From Macrostomum hystrix (taxonomy: Eukaryota; Animalia; Platyhelminthes), in assembly GCA_950097015.1 (NCBI GenBank), contig CATNEN010000026.1, positions 186,001 to 250,000 of the forward strand: 64,000 bases of DNA, in the 5' to 3' direction. The first letter of the stretch is position 1. Each line of letters starts with the position of its first letter. Made by a program: the position numbers and the translations under genes. The notes under the pieces are model-generated. The model saw only the letters and a program-made list of their open reading frames with translations, ran no database searches and had not been told where the DNA came from. Below, piece by piece: positions 37,701-49,110 of the stretch.

Positions 37701-40700
37701 TTACTGCTTATAATTGTAAATTAATAAGAAATTTAGTTAAGCAAAAAAGACGGCAATCTTTGAAAGCTGAAACCTTATTGCTCTTTTCTCTCAGGTTAAT
37801 TATCTTTAGAATATTAGTAACGCAAGTTCTCACGAAGTCATCAAGCTATATCCGTTTCTGCTAAAGTACTTTTGATGTTGACCCCAGTTAATTCTATTGT
37901 ATTCACCTGCTAGTTTTAGTTTTGTTTTAAAAAATGCAAAAGAAAATGTTATTTGTACAATACACAATTAGAAAGCTAACTCTGTCATCTCGACATAAAA
38001 TTTTCCCTTTCACTCGTAGGTTTCTAATTCTCTCATCACGATTTTTGATTCTCAAATCTCGATTTCTGATTCTCCCACCTGGATTTATGATTTTCCCATC
38101 TCGATTTCTCATTCTCCGACCTGGATTTCTGATTCTCCCACCTGGATTTCTGATTTTCCCATCTCGATTTCAGATTCTCCCACCTGGATTTCTGATTCTC
38201 CCACCTGGATTTATGATTTTCCCATCTCGATTTCTCATTCTCCCACCTGGATTTCAGATTCTCCCATCTCGATTTCTGATTCTCCCATCTCGATTTCTGA
38301 TTCTCCCACCTGGATTTATGATTTTCCCATCTCGATTTCTCATTCTCCCATCTCGATTTCTGATTCTCCAATCTCGATTTCTGATTCTCCCACCTGGATT
38401 TATGATTTTCCCATCTCGATTTCTCATTCTCCCACCTGGATTTCAGATTCTCCCACCTGGATTTCTGATTTTCCCATCTCGATTTCAGATTCTCCCACCT
38501 GGATTTATGATTCTCCCATCTCGAATTCTGATTCTCCCACCTGGATTTCTGATTTTCCCATCTCGATTTCAGATTCTCCCACCTGGATTTCTGATTCTCC
38601 CACCTGGATTTCTGATTTTCCCATCTCGATTTCAGATTCTCCCACCTGGATTTCAGATTCTCCCACCTGGATTTCTGATTCTCCCACCTGGATTTCTGAT
38701 TTTCCCATCTCGATTTCAGATTCTCCCACCTGGATTTATGATTCTCCCATCTCGAATTCTGATTCTCCCACCTGGATTTCTGATTTTCCCATCTCGATTT
38801 CAGATTCTCCCACCTGGATTTCTGATTCTCCCACCTGGATTTCTGATTTTCCCATCTCGATTTCTCATTCTCCCACCTGGATTTCTGATTCTCCCATCTC
38901 GATTTCTGATTCTCCCATCTCGATTTCTGATTCTCCCACCTGGATTTCTGAATCACATATCTTGATTTTTGATTCTCCTATCTTGATTTCTGGTTCTCCC
39001 ACCTGGATTTCTGATTTCACACATCTCGATTTCTCATTCTTCTATCTCTGTTTTCCAACCCAGTTAGGCAGCTAGCAATGATCCTATTTGCCTAATTCTC
39101 CTATCTTCCCCGTCACTCACAGATCCGGGCGGGCCCAGGAAGCCCAGTAGGCCGGTGCGCACAAAGGTATCCCTATCCGAGACTGATTCGCCAGAATCCG
39201 TGCTTGGCTGGCAGCGAAACACCTGGTTGCTAAGTCCGGCTAAGCCCCAGTAACGCTGCCCGGTGTACTGGGCGCAGACGCAGATTTCGCCAACCTCGTC
39301 CTGGCGGCACAGTCGCGGCGCGTCCAACTTGACAACAGCTACCGCGGCGTTTGGCATCACCTGAAGTCGAATAAGGGAGAACGCGTGCATTTAATAGATG
39401 AATGGGCTCTTGATAAACACACCAAAAACAGTTATAAACACAACACAAAAACACTATAAACCCCACAACAAGTGTTATAAACAAGAAAAACATGCTGCAA
39501 AACATACTTAAGCAGCACGATAACAGCTTTCTACCTGTCCACAATCCTGCAAAGTTAACGAAGTATAGGAGGCCTCCGAGTCAACGCGGACAACACCGTG
39601 GCTTAAGCCGAGCATGCTTAGAACGCCCCGACCCGTGGCTCCGCCACTGCCGCTGCCGCTGCTGCCGCTGCTGCTGCTGCCAGGCCGGCGCACCGACACA
39701 GTCAAAGATTCGGACGAATAGGCGCACGGACACATGACCTCAGATCGGAGGCCGCGCGATTGAAAAGCGGCTACAAAGGAGTCGCAGCTGGTCAATGACC
39801 AGGGATTTGCGCCGTCGGACACAACCAGACAGCGCAGAGATGCCAGGTTCAAATCTGACTTGTCTCCACTGCCGCCTCTATGCTGTTGAAGCTGCGAATC
39901 TCTCCCGGCAGCCAGCAGTGACCAATAGAGATCGCGCGACTTAGCCAGAGCAACGGAGGCTCTCAATTTAGAAGTTAACCGCAGCCAGGCTAGAGGCTCG
40001 GCTTTCATGACATTGTAGGGCACGTGAAGAGTGTGAACGCCGGAGCAGATGGCGGCCAGTATGCCGTGCCACAGGCCAAGTTCGCGTTTAGCGTCCAACA
40101 GGCACATCATTGTCTCGCCGTTTGAGTAGCCCATAGTTGAGCACAGTGCCCTAGTGTGAGCTAGCAGGGCTGCTCTTGTAATGCACACTCCGCGCACGCT
40201 GCCGTCTCTACCGTATGCGTATTCAATGCAGGCCAGAGAGCCCGGATCTAATCCGCCCGGAGACAGCGCCGGCGCAACCCAGTCTTTTGGCGGCGTGGCC
40301 AGACTGCTGCCGGAGTCGCGGCCGGCTGCGGACCAGAGCAGGCCGGGCGGCCAGCCGGGATAGGTGGGCGGCTCGTGACCGCCTTTGGTTGCCGCCCGGT
40401 AGAATGAGTCGCTGGTTAGTAGGACCCGCACCTGTTTGTTATTTGGCATAAAATAGCTTTATACTTCACGCTTACATTCCATGGGTCTCCAGGCTTAGAA
40501 TCCATGGGTCTCCAGGCTTAGATTCCATGGGTCTAAGGCTTAGATTCCATGGGTCTTCAGGCTTAGATTCCATGGGTCTTCAGGCTTAGATTCTATGGGT
40601 CTTCAGGCTTAGATTCCATGGGACTTCAGGCTTAGATTCCATGGGTCTCCAGGCTTAGATTCCATGGGTCTAAGGCTTAGATTCCATGGGTCTCCAGGCT

Positions 40701-43700
40701 TAGATTCCATGGGACTTCAGGCTTAGATTCCATGGGTCTTCAGGCTTAGATTCTATGGGTCTTCAGGCTTAGATTCCATGGGACTTCAGGCTTAGATTCC
40801 ATGGGACTTCAGGCTTAGATTCCATGGGTCTTCAGGCTTAGATTCCATGGGTCTTCAGGCTTAGATTCCATGGGTCTTCAGGCTTAGATTCCATGGGACT
40901 TCAGGATCTAAATATTTCTCACCTCCAAGGAGCTCAACAGGAAGCCAGTAGCCGAAGCGCATAAAGGCGGCGGTTCAACCGGGACAGCCACCAAGCCAGC
41001 GAGTTGGCAAGCCAGAAATCCCACACCGAAGCCAGCCGGGTCGTGGCCCGGATAAGCCAGGGCGACTCGATCGCCGGGCTTCAAGCTGAGATCGCCCCGA
41101 TGGCCGAGTCGATTCAGCAGATGATGCGCCAACTTTCTCGATCGGCTAAACAGCTTGGCGTAGCTAAGCGTAGATGAAAGCCGGCCGCCAGGCTCCACAG
41201 TTGACATCGCCGGCGACTTGGATGTCGAAGCTTTGGCCAGCGCCTCTTCTAGGCTGGCGGCTGCAGGCGGCGGCAATGCGGCCGGCTCGCCAAGCACCGG
41301 CAAGCTCTCCTCACCCTGAGGCCGCGGCGCCGATGAGTCGGGCGTCTGGCGTCGGCCAGCCGACGGTAGAAGCTCGTCGTCGTCTTCGTCAAGGTACATC
41401 TCTGGCAGAGGTCGGCGCTTCGGATGAGCCAGTGTCTGCATCAGCTGTTGGATCTTGGCTGAAGTGCGCGACTGTGGCGGAGCCGGCGACTGCTGTGCCT
41501 GGGATTAATGACGTAACTTATATCTTTCAATTGCTTTTAATGTACAGCTACCAAGGGTTGTAAAGTTGTGAAGTCTACTCTACAACCTCAACAACTACCA
41601 TCACCGCATCATCTGTCAATTTTTTGTGCTGCACCCGAACGGAGCAACGCAAGCACACGAAACTCAAGACCGTCGAGATATTCAATGGATCTGGCCGAAG
41701 GTCGGTTTTTTCTTAAAAGCGCTGGTATATTTCATACACCCCTATACGCGAATTAGCACTGTGCCTCAGTGCGGCCTTCAGTATGTCACCCGAATGTGCC
41801 TGCATCATCCCTGTCTTTGGTCATTACCTACCTTTATCTAGACGGACTGCTGGACCTTCAAGGGCTACATAGGCCACTATGGACACCCTGTCGCGAATTT
41901 CTCTAATTTCACTGATCAAGACTAAATATTAGACGCAGCTCAACCACAGGACACCCTCGCATAGTCTGTCAACCAATCAGTCACCACCCGACGCTGCTGC
42001 CATTCAGGCGCTGCCAAAAAATTGTCAGGGGGGGGAATTTCCACCCGTTGGTACGAGTATAAAAATGGGCGGCAAAATTGCTTGGTAGACCTACTGTTAA
42101 TAAAACTTCATATTTCACCGAAGATTCAGGGGGTGTGGCAGAGCGGTTAACAGTGTGTGTTCAGGGTTTTAAGGGAGTCAACGAGTCAACGAAACGGGCA
42201 GAAAAGTCAGCTCAATGGGTCTACTATCACCAAATGGTGTGCTAGTTCCGACAGCCCTCCTTCAAAAGTATTATATTTACTATGCTGGGGGGGTCGGTGG
42301 CAGAGCGGTTATCGCATTTGTCTCTCGCACCAAGGTCTCTAAGTTCGATTTCGAGGCGAGGCAACATTTATTTGGGGCGCAGCCGCGTAGAGAAGGCTTG
42401 GTGACTTGTCGTGCAATTTACGCCCTTGAGGGTCAACCTCCAAGGCACAGTGAAGTTTACACTGCCTGATGAGGAGAAAGTCAGGGCAGATATACACACC
42501 TGTGTGAGCGTATGCCTGCGTATGTGTCTGTGTGCGTGTGTGCTCAGGAGTCAGCGAAATGGGCAGAATTGCCTCCTCGCTGGCTGCGGGTCTAGTGTCA
42601 CTAAATGATGTGCCATTGCCAGCAGCCCTCCTGCAATTATTATTTTTATCAATGCTGGACATGCCTTTGCTGAGGACTGTTGTTGCTGCTGCTGCTGGCG
42701 CAGCTGCTGGGCGACGGCGTCGTCAACTCGCCGGAGTGTCGCCATTGAAAAGTTTCCGACGCCGCCGCTATCTGTACCTAATTGTCGACTATCATTAGTT
42801 GGCATGCCTAGATAAGCATTGCCGCGTATCACATAGGCGCCACTAGACTGCTGCTGGCGTGAAGGCGATTGCTGCTGCTGCTGAGCCGCAGACGGCGAGT
42901 CTTCAGTTCTGTGGCCACCGCCTTCGAGTGTAAATTTAACGGCACCGTTTTCTTCGCTGCCGCCACCGTTTCTCTCGACGTTATTGGCCACTACGTCGTC
43001 GATATCGTCGTCATCGTTGACATCATCGTCGTCGTCTAGACCGTCGTCGGTTGAGTCACCCTCGCTTGACACTGTTGCTTAATAATTCAAGAACGTTTGC
43101 TATTGAATATTATTACTAAAAAAGAATATCAACAAACGCTATTTTGCAGTTTGATACAGGTACAATTCCATTTGCTGTAGCCAAATGCACAGGTTTTGGA
43201 AACCAAAGAAAAAAATACCTCGCATAGCAGCCGTCTGCTGGGTGGTACGCCGTCCCGATGGTAGAGGCGGAGCTGTCACAGATGCAGGCGCTGCTGCCGC
43301 TGTTCCCGAACCTGCCTCTCGATGTCGAGCAAGTGCAGCCTGGACAGCTTCAGCGCGAATTTCAGAATGATAGCGAATATCGTCGCGCTTGGCGCCACTG
43401 CCACGCAAAGCAGGTGATTGCGCAGGCTCAACCTGTGTTTTTGTGCCACTGCTAGCTGCTGCTGCTGCTGCTGCTGGCATTTGCTGCTGCCGCTTAACAA
43501 CATATGGATCCAAAAGTCTGGCACGTTTCTTCTTGTAACCCTTCTGGGTGATGTCACCTGATGGATAATGGATCGCACTTAACTATTAATTAAGTTTTGC
43601 TTTTAATTTGCATTATTTATCTACTTAGTTAAAAAATAGTATTGTTTTGTAGTTTCTTCTTTGTCTTTTGAAGTAACACTTCTATAATTGATATAGGAAA

Positions 43701-44585
43701 GAAAAGTATCTTCTAGAATGAAAGAGGTATCATTTAATAGACAGCAATTAAACAGAGTAGAGATAAAAATCTCTTTGGTTCATACCACTTCATAGTTTGC
43801 TATAGTTCTTACTGATAATGATAAGAAAAATTCTAAAATTCTAATTAGCTAACAGCTAAAGAAAAATCAATTGTTATGCTTGAAGTTTTATTGCAATAGT
43901 AGACTCTATACTTCTAATTTTATGTTTTTTATTTGCTAACAAATATTTATTCTGTTTGTTATACAACAATACCAACAAATTGATCTTTGATAGCATTATC
44001 TAGCTAGGAATTTTTCTTATTAAAGGCCTTGACAATATAAAGATAAGTAAAGGCATAACTTAAAACTCAATTTTTTATTTGATATGTAAGGTTGGTGCTT
44101 TAAATATAAATATATGTTCTAGCTATGTTTTAAACAGATGCTTATATACATTCAATTAGCAAACTTTAGCTTGTTCACATGTACAATAAACCAAGAACAA
44201 TTGTATAAATTAATGATAAAAAGAATTTACTTTAGGTTTGTTTGACTAAAGCCCTGCCCAATTATAGCCAAATTAAGCTATAGAGCTCTATATTTCAGAC
44301 TAGCTAGGTGCTTAGCAAGGCTTGCCCTAGGCATAAAAAATGTTGGCCTGAATGCTAAATAAAGAAAAAACAGAACTGCAACTAATTAGCAGTCAGTTTG
44401 GACAAATAAAAATACTTAATAGTTACAGTTCTGAATTGTGACATTTCAGGTTTATTATTACATTTAAATATAAACAATATCGCGCAAGAATATTAACACT
44501 CACCATCTGATAGCTCAAGTTCAAGTTCAGCCAATTTGGCTCGTACATCAAGAGGAAGAGATGATATATCAATGTCCATGGACAT
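28746..44585 (-). CDS. DIP2: Disco-interacting protein 2 (DMAP1-binding domain plus two AMP-binding/acyl-CoA-ligase-like domains), about 1656 aa, 10 exons
   Basis: Exons: 44585-44504, 43557-43219, 43071-42665 (GC donor), 41498-40923, 40431-39535, 39360-39121, 34006-32537, 31756-31445, 30808-30414, 28998-28746, all phase-consistent. Diagnostic motifs: LAELELELSDGDITQKGYKKKR, SAKIQQL...PKRRPL, VSGRRHNSDDLIATVLAVEP, LRGFRYHPVDIE, GEKQRMHLRDGFLDDKLDPIYVAYNL*. Confidence 0.95.
29225..30100. repeat. 18-bp minisatellite (AGGTTCGTTAAAATACCC)n in the last DIP2 intron
   Basis: 6-aa periodicity (NLGILT) with degenerate edges. Confidence 0.95.
31000..31372. repeat. Degenerate 20-bp minisatellite (TTCTACCTGTCCTAATTCTA)n in DIP2 intron 8
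   Basis: Near-perfect units at 31230-31350, with decayed units upstream. Confidence 0.8.
32376..32475. repeat. Short tandem repeat of about 25 bp, four copies (TAGAAATGGGATCAGACAAAAA..)
   Basis: Four GGGATCAGACAA copies next to the DIP2 donor at 32536. Confidence 0.8.
34060..34505 (+). mobile_element. SINE family A copy carrying an 85-bp internal insertion
   Basis: Aligns to 19817-20175 apart from 34234-34318. It is followed by a SINE-B tail fragment (34508-34590). Confidence 0.85.
35505..37390. repeat. 31-bp minisatellite (TTGACACCAAATGCTTCGATATTGTGGGGCT)n in DIP2 intron 6
   Basis: 31-aa/3-unit periodicity in three minus-strand ORFs. Edge units carry a GAGGATTCG variant. Confidence 0.96.
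38040..39035. repeat. 21-bp minisatellite (GATTCTCCCACCTGGATTTCT)n in DIP2 intron 6
   Basis: 7-aa periodicity (ILPPGFL / KSRWENQ). Confidence 0.95.
40476..40906. repeat. 23-bp minisatellite (AGGCTTAGATTCCATGGGTCTTC)n filling DIP2 intron 4
   Basis: Direct reading. It occupies most of intron 40432-40922. Confidence 0.95.
42129..42278 (+). mobile_element. Internally deleted SINE family A copy (head plus tail)
   Basis: GTGGCAGAGCGGTTAAC head joined to a degenerate GAGTCAACGAAACGGGCAGAA...CAGCCCTCC tail. Confidence 0.65.
42289..42645 (+). mobile_element. SINE family A, full length, in DIP2 intron 3
   Basis: A box, B box (GTTCGATTTC) and tail as in 19817-20175. Confidence 0.9.
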
Positions 44586-45956
44586 TATTGTATGTTTTAA
44601 ATGAGGTTAACCAGAAATATTTTAAAATTATAGTTGCAATAAGTTAAAAGCAAAAATGAAAATTTGATGTAGGGCCTACTGGATATTTTACAATGCAAGG
44701 AAAATCAATACATATTTAAGCCACCGTCACAACTAGAGCACAAAATATGACAATACAGGTCAAGAGTGTGGCAAAATGACGATAACAAAAAAGTTAATGT
44801 TGAAACACAACCCTACAAACACATTTGCGCTATTTTTTATCGTTTTTTCACGCTTAGATATCAATTTTAAAATTTCGCTTAAAAGTGAAATTAGATCATT
44901 GCTTCAGTATAACACAGCTTACCAATAAAGCTTTGTACAGATACAATATTACAGCACCCCCAAGCAGCTAAAAATAATGAAATTAAACGGAAAAATACTA
45001 TTTACCCAACTATGAGCAAAATATTGTCTATTATCTTTTCTAGGCTATGGTCAGTTTAAAACCAGACTGGCAAATTCAAGCGCACTCCTTAATCAGGTGG
45101 TGAAATGCATCGCTACATGATTGAAATAGTCGGGTTAAAAATATGCTGAAAATCATGAATATATTTGGTGCGATCCAAAGCCTACAAATGCGATCGAAGG
45201 TCTTAACAAAATGAAAAGACTGCTGAAAACAAGTCTGTCTCTACTAGCTGTCTTGTTGTATTGATCGTCATTTCATTGATCCAGATTTTCATGGATTAAT
45301 TCGTGCATCGATTGTAATAAAAATGTTTTACTTTGACGAAAGAGATTAAAACCAAATTCGTTTACGATAAATTAAGCTGGAGAGCTGATGATCAAGTAAT
45401 GCCTGTTCTTCAGGCTCCGTAGCCAGCCCTGCAGTGCCGAAATTCAAGTGCAGAGCTGATCAGCTACATGGGTGAGTTGATTAAGAATGCAATTTAATAC
45501 GAACAACAAAAATGGCCTGATATTGTCAGTGAGACATATCAAATGGCATTTAAGAATAGCCCCCTACTGGGTCTCTCTCTTCGCTAAGATTCCCTTTATG
45601 TTTAATCAATTATAATTGATAACACTTGCTCAGTTCCCACAGTGACATTCCAAGTTTACTATTGTTTTTGTCTCAGAAGAGGCCTTCAATTAATGGAGTC
45701 CTTAAAACAGTTTTTATTAATGCCGCTACGAACAGTGTCCGTAAATCATTTTTTTATTCGCCTTTTCTATTCTTTGTTCTTTCAACTGAGTCTTCTGTTG
45801 AGAGAAAAAATAATTAATTAATAAGGTGAGAATTGCGTCAGCTGCATATGAATGGTTCCACTCTCTGAGCCCATATAAAATACTTCATTAGGCCATTGAT
45901 TCTCAGAAGAGTCCTTTGTGCTAAAAAAGTCGGTACACTATTACTATACTTCAAAC

Positions 45957-46253
45957 ATGTACAAACTGTGCAACCTGCTCATTGCCCTGTCGATGGTTGC
46001 CGTCGCCTCAGCCTCCTACACAGTCCAGCAGCGTGACGAGATCATCAACGATCTCATCCACGAAGTCATGCCATTCATCAGTGTGGACATGGAATGCGTC
46101 CGCCAGGCCGGTATCAGCTCGCTCAGCTGCGTCATCAGCAGCCTGTTCGGCTGCGCCCTGTCCAACAGCTTCGATCCGGCGCGCATCGCCCACTGCCTGG
46201 CCAGCAGCTGCGGCGGCAGCGCCATCGATCTGATCCGCTGCATCAAGATCTGA
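45957..46253 (+). CDS. Intronless 98-aa secreted cysteine-rich peptide of unknown family
   Basis: CAAAC-ATG at 45957 and a TATAAAA about 80 bp upstream. Signal peptide MYKLCNLLIALSMVAVASA, six Cys in the mature region, and GC3-rich codons like the neighbouring true exons. Confidence 0.8.
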   Translation: MYKLCNLLIALSMVAVASASYTVQQRDEIINDLIHEVMPFISVDMECVRQAGISSLSCVISSLFGCALSNSFDPARIAHCLASSCGGSAIDLIRCIKI

Positions 46254-46619
46254 GAGCTTCCAGGCATTCTGCATGCCAACTAACACAAGCTGCTTGCGCA
46301 TATAAATACATTCTCTCGAGCCAGTAATTTGGACAAGACTTCGTAGTGCTTTAATTTACTATAATTATTGAGACTTTCAATTTACTAAGGTTCTTGAGAA
46401 AGCTTCTGGTGTTTTCTTAGAACACGGTTAAATGTATCTAAATTCAGAAAACGCTGATTCCTATTCCTATTCAATATAAGAGTAAGATAGGAACTTCATC
46501 TAAACCATTTGGGCCTGATGTACAACAAGTGCATGGCAACAGCCGCAGCTATTGCGACGGCACTTCCAAAGGCTGTGTACAGCTGTTCAGTCCGCGGACT
46601 AGGGCTCGAATCAGCGTAG

Positions 46620-46775
46620 GGGCTTGTTGTGCCGTTTGCCGTTGTGTTCGTTGTGCCAAACTCCAAAGCACAGTGAGAGTGTACACTGCCTGACGATGAG
46701 GAAACAAGGCAGATTTACCTCTCTGTGTGAGAGTGTGCCTGCGTACAGTATTTGCGTGCTCAGGATTCAGCGGAA
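46620..46775 (+). mobile_element. SINE family A body (left part of a split element)
   Basis: CACAGTGAGAGTGTACACTGCCTGACGATGAG...GCCTGCGTAC...GCTCAGGATTCAGCGGAA. Confidence 0.8.
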
Positions 46776-48160
46776 GATTTGATGCTACTGCAGCTGCTGA
46801 CAGCTAAGATCGTCTCCATCCCCAAGAAGGGCGCATCCACCAGTCTGGACAACCAACGCGGCATTGCACTAGAATGCACTCTGGCAAAGCTGCCCAATGC
46901 TGTACTGCGCAACCGACTGCTGCCTGGCCTTAGCCAACTTCTCCTGAGCCCCCAAAGTGGCTCTAGGCCGGGCCGCTCGACAACAGAGCAGATTGCAGCC
47001 CTACGAGCAGTCGTCGAGGCCTGTAAAACTCGCAAAAAGCCGTCTCAATTGTCTTTGTAGATATCCGTAAAGCTTTTGACTCAGTGTGTCGGCGTGCTCC
47101 TCGAGCACTATGGCGTCCCTCCGGCTCTCATCTCTGCAGTGATGGACCACTACAACGACAGCCAAGCCTTTGTCCAAACCAGTGATGGCCCAACTGAGGA
47201 ATTCTGCACAAGCTCCGGAGTTCTCCAATGTGACACGCTGTCCCCACTGCTCTTCATCCTTGTCGTCGACTACGTGCTGCGCCGAAGCCTTACACCCGGA
47301 GTTCCCACCGGAGCTCCCACCACGGCGCTGTCCTTCTGCCTGCTCTCGCGTACGCCGACGACATCGCTCTGCTGTGCCGCAGTCCGGCTGCCGCCCAGAG
47401 AGCGCTCTCAAGACTCTGTGAGGCGAGCGCCCGAGTCGGACTGCAAATCAACGCGCGCAAGACGGAGGTGCTGCACGTGGGCACCGATAGAGCACCAATC
47501 CTGACCCTGCCAGATGGGGAAGTCATCTCGGTCTACCAATACTTCTGATACCTGGGCTTCCCTCGTGCTGAGTCCTGACTCCATCATCGCTGACCGGAGG
47601 TCGCAGGCCTGGCGCGCGGCGCATCTCTTAAGGAAGGCTTGCAGCTCCTCTGCCAACGACGACCTGAAGATGCGCCTGTTTCGCGCTGCCGTAGAGCCAA
47701 TTCTTCTGTTCGTACTGGAGGCAGTGCCTCAGTGCCACTGGATGACTGCCTCGAGGTCTCGAGCCCTTGACGCTGCCTACCGATCGCTGATGCGGTTCGC
47801 CCTCGGCATCCACTACCCAGAGCAGGTGCCGACGGACCTGCTGATGGCGCGAGCACGCGTGCCTCAGCACAGCGCCACCCTCCAGCGGCACCGGCTGATG
47901 CTTGTCGGCCACTGCATCTGCAGCTGCGGCAGTAGATAAAACTCGCTGGCGCTCACCCTGCTGCACCAGCCGACTGAGCGTCTCCGATGGGACCAAGGCC
48001 GGACCACCACGCTGACCGCCACGCTGGAGTCTGACCTGCAAGACATTAATCTAACTCCTCGATGTGCCACAAACTGTCCATCTCGTCTTTTCTGCGAGCG
48101 CGTGCGCGCAAGGCGCCTAACTTAATCTTCGCGTCTCGATATATTACGAGCGTATATAGA
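46776..48160 (+). pseudogene. 5'-truncated, frameshifted non-LTR retrotransposon reverse transcriptase (RTE-like)
   Basis: Across frames: IVSIPKKG, QRGIALECTLAK, RPGRSTTEQI, FVDIRKAFDSV, LLFILVVDYVLR, AYADDIALL, GLQINARKTEVL, KMRLFRAAVEPILL. Several frameshifts. Confidence 0.88.
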
Positions 48161-48245
48161 CAGCGGAATGGGCACATTTGCCTCCTCCATGGCTGCGGAT
48201 CTAGTGTCACCAAATGATGTGCCCACAGCCCAGCAATTTTAAATA
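48161..48245 (+). mobile_element. SINE-A-type 3' tail (right part of the split element, or LINE 3' UTR)
   Basis: CAGCGGAATGGGCACATTTGCCTCCTCCATGGCTGCGGATCTAGTGTCACCAAATGATGTGCCCA. Confidence 0.8.
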
Positions 48246-49019
48246 ACAAACTTGTCAAACATCCTTTGAGTCAATAGTTACGTCTGAAATGTAGCCATTT
48301 CCACCCCATGCGTTTTAGTACAACTTCACCTATGCACTACTCCCCATTTTGCTGATTCGTTAAACGCAGGCTACCAATGACGGCTTAACAACACGCTATA
48401 TATATATAACATACGAAAGTGCGAAGCAGTCAACCTACCTTTTCCCACTTGGACTCCTGATCTCACTAGCAGACCAATCCAGAACTCTAACAACCTATAG
48501 ATTCGATTATTAGACAACAGACATTAGTCTTGAACCACAGCACATCGGACAAACCGGATAAGTATTTCAACTTTGACTGCTTCTTACTTAGTATACCGAT
48601 TGCTTACCACCATTGTGATTGCCTGAATACCATCAGTGATACTATTAGAAATATAACAACTAAGAGAAGGTTAACACCGCTGGAAACTTGAGTTGAACTT
48701 GCCGCTCATTGACTCAACATAGGATATACGTATTTAGGACAGAGAGTTAGAGAGCATCATAGAGAAGATAACATTAAAGTATATCACGTCCTGAAATATT
48801 TATAAATACCTTATTCACTGTTGGGCCTGAATTGGGCCTTTTCACCTGGAACGATTCCGAAACAAAAATATCACATTGTCAAACAGAAGGCTAAAAATGA
48901 CTTCTGAACCAGCAGTATGCTCACTGTCCAAGAGAAAATGCAATAGATGGTGCTTGTTAAAAAAGCAGGAAAGGTGTGTCTAAACGGTCCTTATATTGAG
49001 CTGAGCAAGAAAATTAATT

Positions 49020-49110
49020 CTCTCGCGCTGCAACTCAAAAAGCTGTAAAATGGGTACCAGCACCAGCTGGGGTAAAAAATCGGTTGCAGGATCTGGCGGC
49101 CTCCCAGGGA
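49020..49110 (+). mobile_element. Degenerate SINE-B-like core fragment
   Basis: AGCTGTAAAATGGGTACCAGCACCAGCTGGGGT resembles the 57255-57290 core. Confidence 0.45.

Noticed and set aside
1-40906. Regular repeat arrays as CRISPR
   Set aside because: No unique spacers, no cas genes, eukaryotic intronic context.
41880-41960. GGACACCCTG motif twice, resembling a Tc1/mariner TIR end
   Set aside because: Both copies are in the same orientation, with no inverted partner or TA duplication found.
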